DNA of 60,000 bases, from assembly GCA_044892525.1 (NCBI GenBank), contig CM097885.1:38070001-38130000 (forward strand). The letters are read 5' to 3'. Positions 9,987 through 60,000 of this stretch are shown here, one piece after another. Made by a program: the position numbers and the translations under genes. The DNA comes from Schmidtea polychroa (Eukaryota). How positions within the stretch are numbered: position 1 is the stretch's first letter; each line of letters begins with the position of its first letter. The notes beneath the pieces were generated by a model. That model did not search any database and was not told the DNA's origin. It saw nothing but the letters and a program-made list of their open reading frames with translations.

Positions 9987-11279
9987 TCAAGAATCTCCCC
10001 TAACATTTTCAATAATTGAAATCTTTCCACCATATAATTTCATTTCTATTTTCTTTTCTTCTAATATTAATGTATATACTTTAGCTTTAAAATTAGAATC
10101 CTTTGTTACATGAAGTGTAACATCAACATTATTTATGGCTAGGCGATCATCTTGGTCTGAAACATTTATACAAAATATAGAATATAAATTTTTGAAATCT
10201 TCTAAACTTAATTGTGGTTCAACTTTGAAATCATAACATGTTTCAATATAATTTAGATATGGGAATATGTTTTCATTATTTTCAATATTAAATTCCATTC
10301 TATTTATTGGATAATAAGAACTATTTAATTGAATTTGGATTGTTTTTAAATTATCATCTCCAATCTTTTGAATAAATAGGTTGTTATTTTTTTGGAAAGA
10401 TGAATCTACTTCTTTGAATCCAATCAAGATATATCTTGGTCGGTATGCTAAATTTGCTACTTTTATGGAATATGTTGAACCCTCTGTCATACTAAATTCA
10501 CTACAGATTCTATTTAAATAATTTACATTTATAGATTTGTTGGAATTTAATCTTTCAAGGAGTTTAATCTCAGAATGTGGATTTAATGTCCATTCAGGTA
10601 TATGCAATTCAAGTGTTGATAATTTTAATTTAGCTTTTGTATCTGCAGCTCCATAGAACAATCTTTTATCACCTTCTAGTCTATTACAGATGAATTCTAT
10701 AAAAACATTATGAAGTACACGGTTATAATTTTGAAGGAATCCAAATAAGTGTTTTAATTCAAAATAACCTTCAAATTTTTTAGATTTATAAAGTTCAGCT
10801 CTTTTATGGTAACCATAATTCATATCTAAACCATCTTTATCTAAATCCCCTTTATTAACATCAGGAATCCAGCCTGTTAATTCACCATATTCATTTTTAT
10901 AATCACAACCAGTCAAAATAAAATTTAACATTGTAGAATATACTCCTGGATGTAAAACAGTTTCAATTTCTGATGATCCTAGTTTTAATCTCATGTTGGA
11001 GAATAAATTTGGAAAGAAATTATTTTCTAGGGTTATATCTTTGTTTGCTTCAATTTCTAATTCAATTTTATAATATAATTTGGCATTACAAATATCTATT
11101 GGATTTGATGTTTGAAGAGATTGAAAAACTATATCACCCCTACGATTTAAGTTTGCTATAGATCCTGAAGTTGGGGATATTTTAAGTACATCATTTTTCT
11201 TGATTTCATGAGTAAATTCTTTATTATAATCAAGATTTAATTTATTTTTTTCTTGAATTTTAAGATTTATATTATTCAT
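9987..11279 (-). CDS. Major capsid protein (double jelly-roll, hexon-like)
   Basis: 430 aa intact ORF; LFSNMRLKLG..IE, LKHLFGF, RPRYILIGF, LYSIFCINVS patterns typical of Polinton MCPs. Confidence 0.85.
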   Translation of the reverse strand: MNNINLKIQEKNKLNLDYNKEFTHEIKKNDVLKISPTSGSIANLNRRGDIVFQSLQTSNPIDICNAKLYYKIELEIEANKDITLENNFFPNLFSNMRLKLGSSEIETVLHPGVYSTMLNFILTGCDYKNEYGELTGWIPDVNKGDLDKDGLDMNYGYHKRAELYKSKKFEGYFELKHLFGFLQNYNRVLHNVFIEFICNRLEGDKRLFYGAADTKAKLKLSTLELHIPEWTLNPHSEIKLLERLNSNKSINVNYLNRICSEFSMTEGSTYSIKVANLAYRPRYILIGFKEVDSSFQKNNNLFIQKIGDDNLKTIQIQLNSSYYPINRMEFNIENNENIFPYLNYIETCYDFKVEPQLSLEDFKNLYSIFCINVSDQDDRLAINNVDVTLHVTKDSNFKAKVYTLILEEKKIEMKLYGGKISIIENVRGDS

Positions 11280-11316
11280 TTTTATAATAAAAATTTAAAA
11301 AATGACAAAAATTTGA

Positions 11317-11399
11317 AACCTAGATAGCGCAGTGGGCTAGACTGACACAGTGGTTCAAATAGATAGTGGTTCAAATCATATCTGAGGTTAGTTTTTTTT
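11317..11399 (+). ncRNA. Candidate RNA polymerase III transcription unit (tRNA-like/VA-like small RNA)
   Basis: A-box TAGCGCAGTGGG (11325-11336), two GGTTCAAAT B-box-like motifs (11352, 11368), T8 run at 11392-11399, terminal stem AACCTAGA/TCTGAGGTT. Confidence 0.4.
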
Positions 11400-11892
11400 C
11401 AACATAAAATAATATTAAAAATTTGAAAATAATATTGAAAATGGTGTGGGTATCTTAGATTTATATTTTATTTTATTTATTTTATTTATTTTATTAATTA
11501 ATTAATTTTTAAACATAAATATGAAAAAAAAATATTGAAACGGGTGTGATGGCGAACCGGTAATTATCGCCACAAGTCTTTCGAACACACCCGGATCGAT
11601 CCCTTTCTCAGTTGTTTTCGGACCTCTTTCGGATTCGCTTTCGAATTCATTTGTACTTTCAAGATCGAATTGATTCTGATGTATGAGTCTGGCCAGCTTG
11701 TATATTGGAAGAGATTTGATAAACGAAAGAGGTTGAATAAAAAAATGATCCGGATCAAAAAAACTGTTGAGAGGACAGTGAAAAAAAAAATACCACTGTC
11801 CTCTCAGAGCAGTTTTACTATTTCATAAAATTTTTTATTCTTCAAGACATCAAGATTTTAGTCAGCAATTTTGCCAACCTGGCGATTTGCTA

Positions 11893-12148
11893 TAAGTAGT
11901 GGATATAAGACCCACATGCACGCAACCCACATGGAGATTGTGAATTTCCATCTCTTCTCCTATTTTCTTTATGTTTATAGGATTTAAAACAGAAAACGTT
12001 TTGGATCACTTGGTTTTATGTGTTGAAAATATAAGGTCTAAATGAGTTAAAAGTGTAAAAATTTAAGGTCTTTTTGTTATAAAATAAGAGATTGGAGGCC
12101 ACTTTTCCAGAGGGGGCGTGTGCATGTGGGTCTTATATCCACTACTTA
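11893..12148. mobile_element. ~250 bp non-autonomous inverted-repeat element with AGTAGT...ACTACT ends flanked by TA
   Basis: 29-bp perfect inverted repeat TAAGTAGTGGATATAAGACCCACATGCAC at 11893-11921 and 12120-12148, degenerate extension to ~60 bp. Confidence 0.75.
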
Positions 12149-12514
12149 CGCAGAGCGATAATATCTCCATTCCAACAAGGCGAAGTTGTGGACTACAAAT
12201 CTGGCTTAACTAATGACACCTCTTGTCAGACTTTTCCCATGCCAAAGAGCAGAAATATATCACGGGTCATCTCAGAAGATGACTACAACCCGATCATGAA
12301 ATTATCAAGTAACAACCAATTATCTCCAAAGGGGCTAAATGAAACAATTGAGAATGAAATTCCGTTATCACTAGGTGAAACGCCAGACATGAACGACGAT
12401 CAGACAAAAGAAGTTATACCCATTGCCTCTCAAAACGAGCTTCGAAAGATCAATCGAATTCGTAGACCTCCACAAAGACTGGGAGAATGGGCTCTAGAGG
12501 AGGACATGAAATAA
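12149..12514 (+). mobile_element. 3' fragment of an LTR-retrotransposon pol (integrase tail)
   Basis: ORF ends RKINRIRRPPQRLGEW, like Gypsy RxRRPPxRL tails; purine-rich AGAGGAGGA near the stop. Confidence 0.45.
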
Positions 12515-12589
12515 TATTAAGAAATTAATATTATTAAAATTGTTTAAAAAACAGAGATTTTTAAAGAATAGATTTTTGAATTAAAACGT

Positions 12590-13190
12590 ATTATTCAATT
12601 CACTTCAGATTACTTAATTAAAAAATTTGAACCTTAATTTACTTATTTCAACTCATTGATTACTTTAATTTATAAATTTAGACCTTAATTTACTTATTTA
12701 TCCTTAATTTACCTATTTATCCTTGTATTACTTAATTTAACATTTTACACCATAATTTACATAACGAAATATAACCCTTATTTTCATATTTAACCAATAA
12801 TTTCATGTGGTCATTGATTAATTCACAAAGATTTGCATCTAAAATTAACATTGAAAAATAAAATGACTTTAATTCATTTTTCGGATCTTTAATTTACTTT
12901 AAATTTGAAATTTGGATCTTAAATTACTTATTTGAACCCATTGATTACTTTAAGTTACTGTTATTCCAAAATTATTACTTTAATTTACTTATTTAACTTT
13001 AATTTAAAATTAGACCTTAATTTTCTTAATTTAGCCCATATTTTACTTTAATTTAAAATTTTAGACCATAATTTACTTTAATTCAAAAATCTGAGCCCAT
13101 AATTTACTTTACTTCACTTATCTGAGCCCATTGATTACTGTAATTCAAAATTTAGACCATAATTTACCTATTTATCCTTAATTTAGTGAA
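12590..13190. repeat. Degenerate AT-rich minisatellite
   Basis: Many variants of CC(T/A)TAATTTACTT / CCCATTGATTACT in tandem. Confidence 0.75.
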
Positions 13191-13239
13191 GACCCTCTTT
13201 CTGTATTGAAAATCCCTAGACCAAGGAGACCCACCTTAA

Positions 13240-13512
13240 TTGCTCCGGCGTTTTGAATGTCCTATGAAAGTCAAATGTCTAATCTGTGGAAAAGAAGGTC
13301 ATGGATTCAGAGATTGTTTTTTGCTTAAAAATAGAAATGGATATCAGAAGAGAGTGGCATGTATTTACGAAGAAGATCACAAAAGAAATAATGGTGATTT
13401 CACAGAAGATTTATACAGTAATTACGAAGAAACGATAAAAAAATCAATGGATAAACCAAAAAACAAGGACGATCCCATTGCTTTCATTTCGTCAGTGGGG
13501 TCGACACAATAA
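13240..13512 (+). CDS. gag: Gypsy gag C-terminal fragment (zinc knuckle)
   Basis: CLICGKEGHGFRDC = CX2CX4HX4C. Confidence 0.8.
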   Translation: MLRRFECPMKVKCLICGKEGHGFRDCFLLKNRNGYQKRVACIYEEDHKRNNGDFTEDLYSNYEETIKKSMDKPKNKDDPIAFISSVGSTQ

Positions 13513-16500
13513 TCAGTAGAAAGAAGCGAAATGAAGACATGATGCAGAAGATGTATGAGACGACAGACAGAAGAAAGTGGAGTAAGATTGTAATAAACAT
13601 GACGGCGATTGACATGCTTTGGGACTCTGGAGCGTCAGTATCAGTTATGAGTGAAAAAAGTTGGACAAAGATCGGGAAACCGAGGTTGAAGCAGAGCACA
13701 ATTTCTCTTTGTGGAGTATTTTCGACGGGAATGGAAAGACCGTTAGGAGCAATGACGATAGAAGCTGATTGGAATGGGAAAAAAAGAATTATTAATGTTA
13801 TAGTTGTCAAAGATATACGTCCAGATTTCATTGGGGGTGTAGATACAATGGAGAGATTTGGTATTCAACTGGTAGAGGTGGACAATATTGAAGCGTCACA
13901 AGTAGGGAGGACATATGTGGACTCACAACGAGAAGAGAAAGCATTATTAATGCTTGGAGACCGGAAGAATGAACAGTTAGACATATTGCTACGGAAGTTC
14001 AAAGGTATTTTTATGGCTTCAACTTTTGATCTCGGGTTTACGAAAGTTGTTCAGCATGAAATGAATATAGTAGGTGGGCCTGTAATGTTACAGCCAAGAA
14101 GACAACCAATGCATTTAGAACAAAAGCTTGACGAACTTGTCACAAACTTATTAGAAGCGAGAGTTATTAGAAAATGCAAAAGTGCATGGAACGCGCCACT
14201 AGTGATTGTGGCTAAGAAAGATGGATCAATACGGATGTGTGTCGACTATAGAGGGTTGAATGCGATCACTGAAAAGATATCTTTTCCAATGCCAGATACA
14301 CGATTTCTACTGGATTGTCTGGCAGATTCAAAATATTTCACATCCATCGATCTAGGTCAAGCATATTATCAAGTTGGAATGGCGAAGGAAATTCAAGAGG
14401 TCACGGCTTTCAGTACAAGGCAAGGACAGTTTTGTTTTAACCGACTTCCTTTTGGACTAGCAACCGCCCCTGCGACGTTTCAAAGAATGATGCACTCAAT
14501 GTTGGATGGAATATTATTTAAGGGTGTTGTTGTCTACCTCGACGACATTCTTGTCTATGGAAAAGACAAAGAGGAGCACAATAACCGATTAGAGGAAGTA
14601 TTCAGAAAAATTCAACTAGCGGGGTTGAGAATTAACCCAGAAAAATGTAATCTGTATAAGGAAGAATTGACATTCCTAGGGCACACTGTAAGTGCAAGTG
14701 GGATAAAAACGAACGACAAGAAGATTAAAGAGATTCAAGATGCAGAAATACCAGTATGCGCCAAACAATTAAGATCCTTTTTAGGTATGACCAATTACTA
14801 TAGGAAGTTTATAAAAGACTATGCGAAAATTGCGAACCCCTACATGCAGCTACGTCCGGCTGTGAGAAAAAGATTAATTGGTCAGAAGATTGCAACAATA
14901 GTTTTGAATTACTTAAAACAAAGTTGTGTGAAGCTCCAATTCTAGATTACCCAAGAATGGATAGAAACTTTATTCTGGATACAGACGCTAGTTTTGGGGC
15001 CATCGGAGCAGTTTTATGTCAAGCTAAAGAAGATGGTACTGAAGTGGTAATTGCATATGGGTCGAGACACTTGACCGCGCATGAAAAAGGTTATTGTGTG
15101 ACTAGGAAGGAGTTACTTGCTATACACGAATATGTAATGTATTTTAAACAATATCTATACGGAAAGTCATTTGTAGTACGAACGGATCACAAGGCGTTGG
15201 TTTTCATGAGATACACAAAAAAACCGATAAGCCCGCAATTTCAAACCTGGCTAGCCAACCTTTCCGGATATGATTTCGATCTTCAATATAGGAAAGGAGA
15301 GGAACATGGAAATGCGGACGGAATATCAAGGATTAAAGGGATGTTATGTGCACAATGCCAGACTAGACATGAAGACGCAAAAGAAGAAAAAGCCAGAGTA
15401 AGACATATCAGCTCATTACAGAAGACTGAGTCGATGACAAAACTCTTAGAAAAGCAACAAGATGATGTAGATTTCATTCACATGACAAGAGTGTTACAGG
15501 GAGAAGAGAAAAAAGATGACTTGAATAAAAAGAAATTTCCTTTCAATTTGCATAACAACATAAAATTAGAAGATGGGTTTTTATTATTAGAGAAGAATGG
15601 TAAAGATGTCTTCCTGGTGCCGATAGACTACTCAAATACGTTAGTTAAAGGAATACATACGGAAATGTGTCACATTGGAGTAAAGAAATTAATTAGCTAT
15701 ATGAGCAACATATTTTTTTGGCCAAACATGCAAGAAACTATACAAAACTGTTTGAGAGTATGTGAGATATGCTGCAGAAGGAAAATAGTGCAGGAGAAGA
15801 CAAAGGAACGATTGTTGCCGATAATAAGTTCAGAATTTTTAGAACAGTTGGTCATTGATATAGCACACATGAAGAATGGTGGAGTGTACAAGTATATGCT
15901 AGTTATCATTGATCGTTTTAGCAAAATGGTCAGTCTGACCGCACTGGAGAGACAAGACGAGAGATCGATTTTCAAAGCCATATTGGAGAAGTGGATATAC
16001 CGTTTCGGAAAACCGCGAAATTGTCTGTCAGTCAGAGGGAAGAACTTCGATAGTGGTTTTATTAAAACAAATCTAGAAAGACTGGGTATTACGCAACAGT
16101 TCAGTTCACCATATCAGCATCAATCTAACGGTTTAGTTGAGAGAACAATACGGACAGTCAGAGACTTGCTGGCGACAGCATTAGCAGGTGGACTAGGAGA
16201 GCGAAATTGGGCGGAGTTACTTCCTCGAGTAGAATTTTGTATCAACGTGACACAACAGAGCGCGACGGGATTTTCTCCATTTGAAATTGTTTTTGGGAGG
16301 AAGATTAACCTTCATTCAACATTGCCTCAGACAACATTGGATACAGTTGAGATACATAGATTGGTAAGAGAGAACAGTGAGAAAGCAGCTAAACGAATGA
16401 AAGAGATGGAAACAGAGAAGAGAACGAATCGATGTTTCACGGTGGGGGAGAAAGTATTAGTTCGGAAAGAACCACAAAATCGCGACAAAGATGGACTACA

Positions 16501-16618
16501 GTATGAAGGTCCGTTTGTCACATCAAAGTTTTTGTCAGAACACCAGGTGGAATTGAGTGACGGGACGACAAAGAAACTTAGACGAATTGAATGGCTTAAG
16601 AGATGGGCAGTTCCTTAA
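13455..16618 (+). pseudogene. pol: Gypsy pol (PR-RT-RNase H-IN) with a frameshift near 14840 and a mutated catalytic Asp in integrase
   Basis: LWDSGAS, RMCVDYRGLN, LPFGL, YLDDIL, LDTDAS, H-H-C-C zinc motif, IDIAH, LSVRG (expected SDRG), NGLVER, EGPF; pol frame open from 13455. Confidence 0.92.
13458..13503 (+). promoter_or_regulatory. Programmed -1 ribosomal frameshift signal (gag-pol)
   Basis: Slippery A AAA AAC in gag frame (13458-13464), 5-nt spacer, 11-bp stem CGATCCCATTG/CAGTGGGGTCG; the -1 frame is pol. Confidence 0.8.
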
Positions 16619-16630
16619 AGAAGGGGAGAG
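16617..16630 (+). promoter_or_regulatory. Polypurine tract of the Gypsy element
   Basis: Purine run ending ...AAGGGGAGAG right after the pol stop and before TGT at 16634. Confidence 0.75.
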
Positions 16631-16779
16631 TTATGTAAAGTTTTGTTTAAATAATATTCGTTGTAGCGTGTTTTTGAAAAATATATTTTATTTAATTATT
16701 ATTGATTTATTTTATGAATTTAGAAGTTGAAGACATCATAACTATTTCATTCATAAATAATTTTGATAGCAAAAATATA

Positions 16780-18056
16780 AATATAAAAAAAATGTTTTTG
16801 TAACTACTGATGGCACACCTGCAATGGTTGGCAAGGATAGAGGATTTGTCAAGCTTCTTGAAAATTATATTGGACGTAAACTATTGAAACTTCACTGTAT
16901 AATACACCAGGAAAGTTTAGTTGCCAAATTTTGGTCACAGTGCTTAATTCATGTAATGAACACTTGTTAAAATAGTTAATTTCATAGTGTCTAGTTCTAC
17001 ATTGACACATAGGCAATTTGAATCTCTTGTAAAAGACCTCCCATATACAGCCATATCCGTTGGCTTAGTCGAGGCAATATCTTGAATAAGTTTGTGTCAT
17101 GTCTGGATTACTTTCGAATTTTTCTAAACGAGAAGAAACAACATTTTCCTGAGTTAAACGATAAAGATTGGTTATGCAAACTGATATTTCTTACAGATAT
17201 AACTAAACATCTCAATGAACTAAACTTAAGATTACAAGGGCAGAGCCAAACTGTGCTTGAACTTGTTGAATACTTACCAAATATTAAAGCTCTACGCAAA
17301 TAAATCGACCATCGACAAGAATGAACTTTTGACGTACGTTGAAGTTCTTTAAGAAGAAATTTTCGAAGGATGCAGAGACTTTGAAGCCTATACCTACATT
17401 TTCTTTCCCCATAAAACCAGATTTAATAGATTCTTTAATATTTCCATTTGATTTCTCAATTTTCGAGTGGATAAAAGAATATAAATTTGAAATGGAACTT
17501 ATCGAGCTAACATCTTCAGAATTATAGAAAGCAAAATTTATGGACTTACGAAAATATCTGAAAAATGACCCCAAGGAAAAATATACTGCTATAATAAAAT
17601 GTTGGATGTCATTACCTGAATGATTTAATTGCTTAAAGAAAAATGCATTTGCTCTCTCTTCAGATTTTGGTTCTACATATCTCTGTGAACAAATCTTTTC
17701 TCATATAAAACATATTTTGAGTCCACAAAGAAGTCATTAACGGATGAGCATTCAGAATCTTGTGTGAAATTAAAACTGACAAAATATACCCCTGATATTG
17801 AAATATTGACTAAGCCAATGCAGGGAGAAGGTTCCCAATAACAATTTTTAAATTGTGTTGGAATTTTATGCTGTTTGTTTTTCAATTAAATATATTTAAA
17901 AAATAATTTTGGGATCAAATTATTTTCATATAGAACTGTATTATTTAATGTGACAGACATATACCATTACTTATTTGTAAAAAGAAATAAAGTGGCACCC
18001 TGAATTAATTGGTAGAGTGGCTTGGCACACCACAGCTAACACGTTGCCAATCCCTG
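16780..18056 (+). mobile_element. Decayed hAT (Buster/Charlie, GTF2IRD2-like) transposon, 3' half with right TIR
   Basis: TTDGTPAMVG, HCIIHQE, RWLSRG, FLTDITKHLNELNLRLQG, FGSTYLCEQIFS across broken frames; ends GTTGCCAATCCCTG followed by TACTAGAT (nnnTAnnn). Confidence 0.85.
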
Positions 18057-18084
18057 TACTAGATATTCAAGTTATTAACATTGA

Positions 18085-18309
18085 TTCAGATGCCCAGATA
18101 CTTTGTTCCACCCATCATTCTTGGGTATACTAAATGCTGTTATTAATGATGCGACTTGTAGCAGCATGATGAAATGCGTTGTGGATATTCGTAAAGATTT
18201 ATATAGGAATACAGTTTTATCTTCTGGTTCCACGATGTATTTTGATATTGCTGATCGTATAGAAAAAGAAATATCAGCTTTGAATCATCCATAATCAATG
18301 AAAATTAAA
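18085..18309 (+). pseudogene. Actin pseudogene fragment
   Basis: [14 protein letters not shown]...[41 protein letters not shown] matches the C-terminal half of actin, with a stop. Confidence 0.9.
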
Positions 18310-19048
18310 CACAACAAAAGTATACAAAGATAAATTTTAGTGGGACATAGCCGGTCTTGTGATAATTTGTATAAGTTTTGAAAAATTATTTAAATTTTTC
18401 AAAAAAAACTTTTATACGATTATAATTGAGGATTTCATATTGGCCGATTATAAATATAGAAGTTTGCCTGATGCCGTAACAATGTGAGGCCTTGATAGAA
18501 ACTATTGTCTAATTAGCAACCTATGACATCATAATTTCCAATCTAGCACTACATTTTATTTTTATTTTGTTTTAATGAGGTGGCATTATATTATTTCTTT
18601 TTAAAATTATATCAATCTGATTTTTTATTAAATTTATTTATAATTCAGCAAAATTTTAGTATTTTTTTTGAATTTAAAAATAAAAATTCGTTGAACTTTC
18701 TATTAAAATTATGGAGTGTCAGATCAGCAAGATTAGTCTCACCAAAAGTGTTAAGAAGTTTGAAAATTACAATTGTATCATAAAAAAATGAAATAAAAAA
18801 CCCCCATTTTAAGCAACGTTTAATCTTTTGAAAGCACCATATGTTCCCTCTTCAGATTTTTACTGTACCTATTTATTCATTTACGTGATTGAACTATTGT
18901 TATATATACAAATCAAAATTGTTTTTGTAATTTCTATGCAATTCGACGTCTATCCATGCACCGTATCCTTTTATTAAATATTAATTTATATTATTTAATT
19001 ATCTATTGTTTATTACTTTTTAATATTTTTATCCTAATTTCATTTAAG

Positions 19049-59316
<40,268 letters not shown>

Positions 59317-60000
59317 GTAGTGTATTTTTATCTACTCTCGAAAATGAAATTTTCATTATGGTAATTATTAAAAGTATCTAATAATAATTATTATATTATT
59401 TTGTTTAAATAGAGACCTTTTCACTCACCATAGTACCGTGGCCACATTTTTTACGAATAGAATTTTTTATTGCCTTATTCATTGCAAAGTATTCTTTGTT
59501 TTTTTGTTTCTCTTAAATTATATTTTTATTTCTTTTTAATTATTGTTAAAAATATAAAAAATTCATTAGATTTTTATTAATGATACATATTTTCACAATT
59601 TTAGAATCATATGTTGATTTTAAAATATTTTTAAATTTATTTAAAAATTAAAACAGTGATTTCAAAATTAATTTTAATTTTTCAATTGTTTAACTTTCAA
59701 TTTTATTAATATTCTGTAATAAATTAATAAAAATTGTAAAAATTCACAAAAAAGGTTTTTTATTCTAATTTCTTCTAGTAGTAATAGAAAATTATTTAAA
59801 AAATGTAGTTATATGAGGTAGATTTATAAAAAGGTTCGCGTCAATGGCTAAAAAATTTATTTAACTTTTTTATTAATTTTTATTAATTTTTTATTAAATT
59901 TATTATTATTTTTATTAATTTTATTATTTTATTAATTATTAAAAATCGCCATTCGTACATCTTTTTCACTATATATTTCGATAGCATCACTATCATCATC

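Larger units (their letters stand above)
1..11545. mobile_element. Endogenous Polinton/Maverick (adintovirus-like) element; left end is outside the window, right end uncertain (11545, possibly 12146)
   Basis: Dense intronless cluster of pPolB, penton, adenain protease, A32/FtsK-like ATPase, rve integrase and double-jelly-roll MCP, the diagnostic Polinton gene set. Confidence 0.95.
13240..16740 (+). mobile_element. Ty3/Gypsy LTR retrotransposon, 5'-truncated, start of 3' LTR at ~16634
   Basis: gag CCHC knuckle, PR-RT-RH-IN order, polypurine tract followed by TGT. Confidence 0.93.

Noticed and set aside
11317..11399. Bona fide tRNA gene
   Set aside because: D and T stems pair poorly, the B-box is duplicated and there is no clear anticodon arm; kept only as a Pol III-like candidate.
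12590..13190. CRISPR-like repeat array
   Set aside because: Repeats are degenerate and contiguous, with no unique spacers or cas genes, in a eukaryotic context.
8678..16521. Antisense ORFs over the integrase, MCP and Gypsy pol (e.g. 8678..9049, 13484..13831, 15697..15981)
   Set aside because: Shadow ORFs of real genes on the opposite strand, with no motifs.

Overview
AT-rich eukaryotic (animal) genomic DNA with many ~45-55 nt introns and long (AAT)n arrays; a triclad flatworm is my guess, not shown by the sequence. 1-~11.5 kb is the right part of an endogenous Polinton/Maverick (adintovirus-like) virus. It carries protein-primed PolB, a fibre-like ORF, penton, an adenain protease, a pX-like core protein, a packaging ATPase, the major capsid protein, and one ORF fusing a zinc finger, a parvovirus-type phospholipase A2 and a DDE integrase. 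It has only a few point lesions and a candidate Pol III small-RNA unit. 11.5-18.3 kb is a TE stack: an AGTAGT-ended mini-element, Gypsy elements (one with an intact -1 frameshift signal), a hAT/Buster remnant and an actin pseudogene fragment. 19-59.3 kb is a + strand host gene that I assembled by hand into 40 phase-consistent GT-AG exons (~2,500 codons, incomplete at both ends). It encodes WxxW-EGF-VWD-C8-TIL-EGFx4-CLECTx3-EGFx4 followed by at least 7 tandem Caspr-type fibrinogen-like domains. Its introns hold nested hAT/MITE/solo-LTR insertions, Penelope and NeSL-like remnants, a kinase pseudogene fragment and long palindromes. All calls come from motif recognition by eye; no database searches were run.
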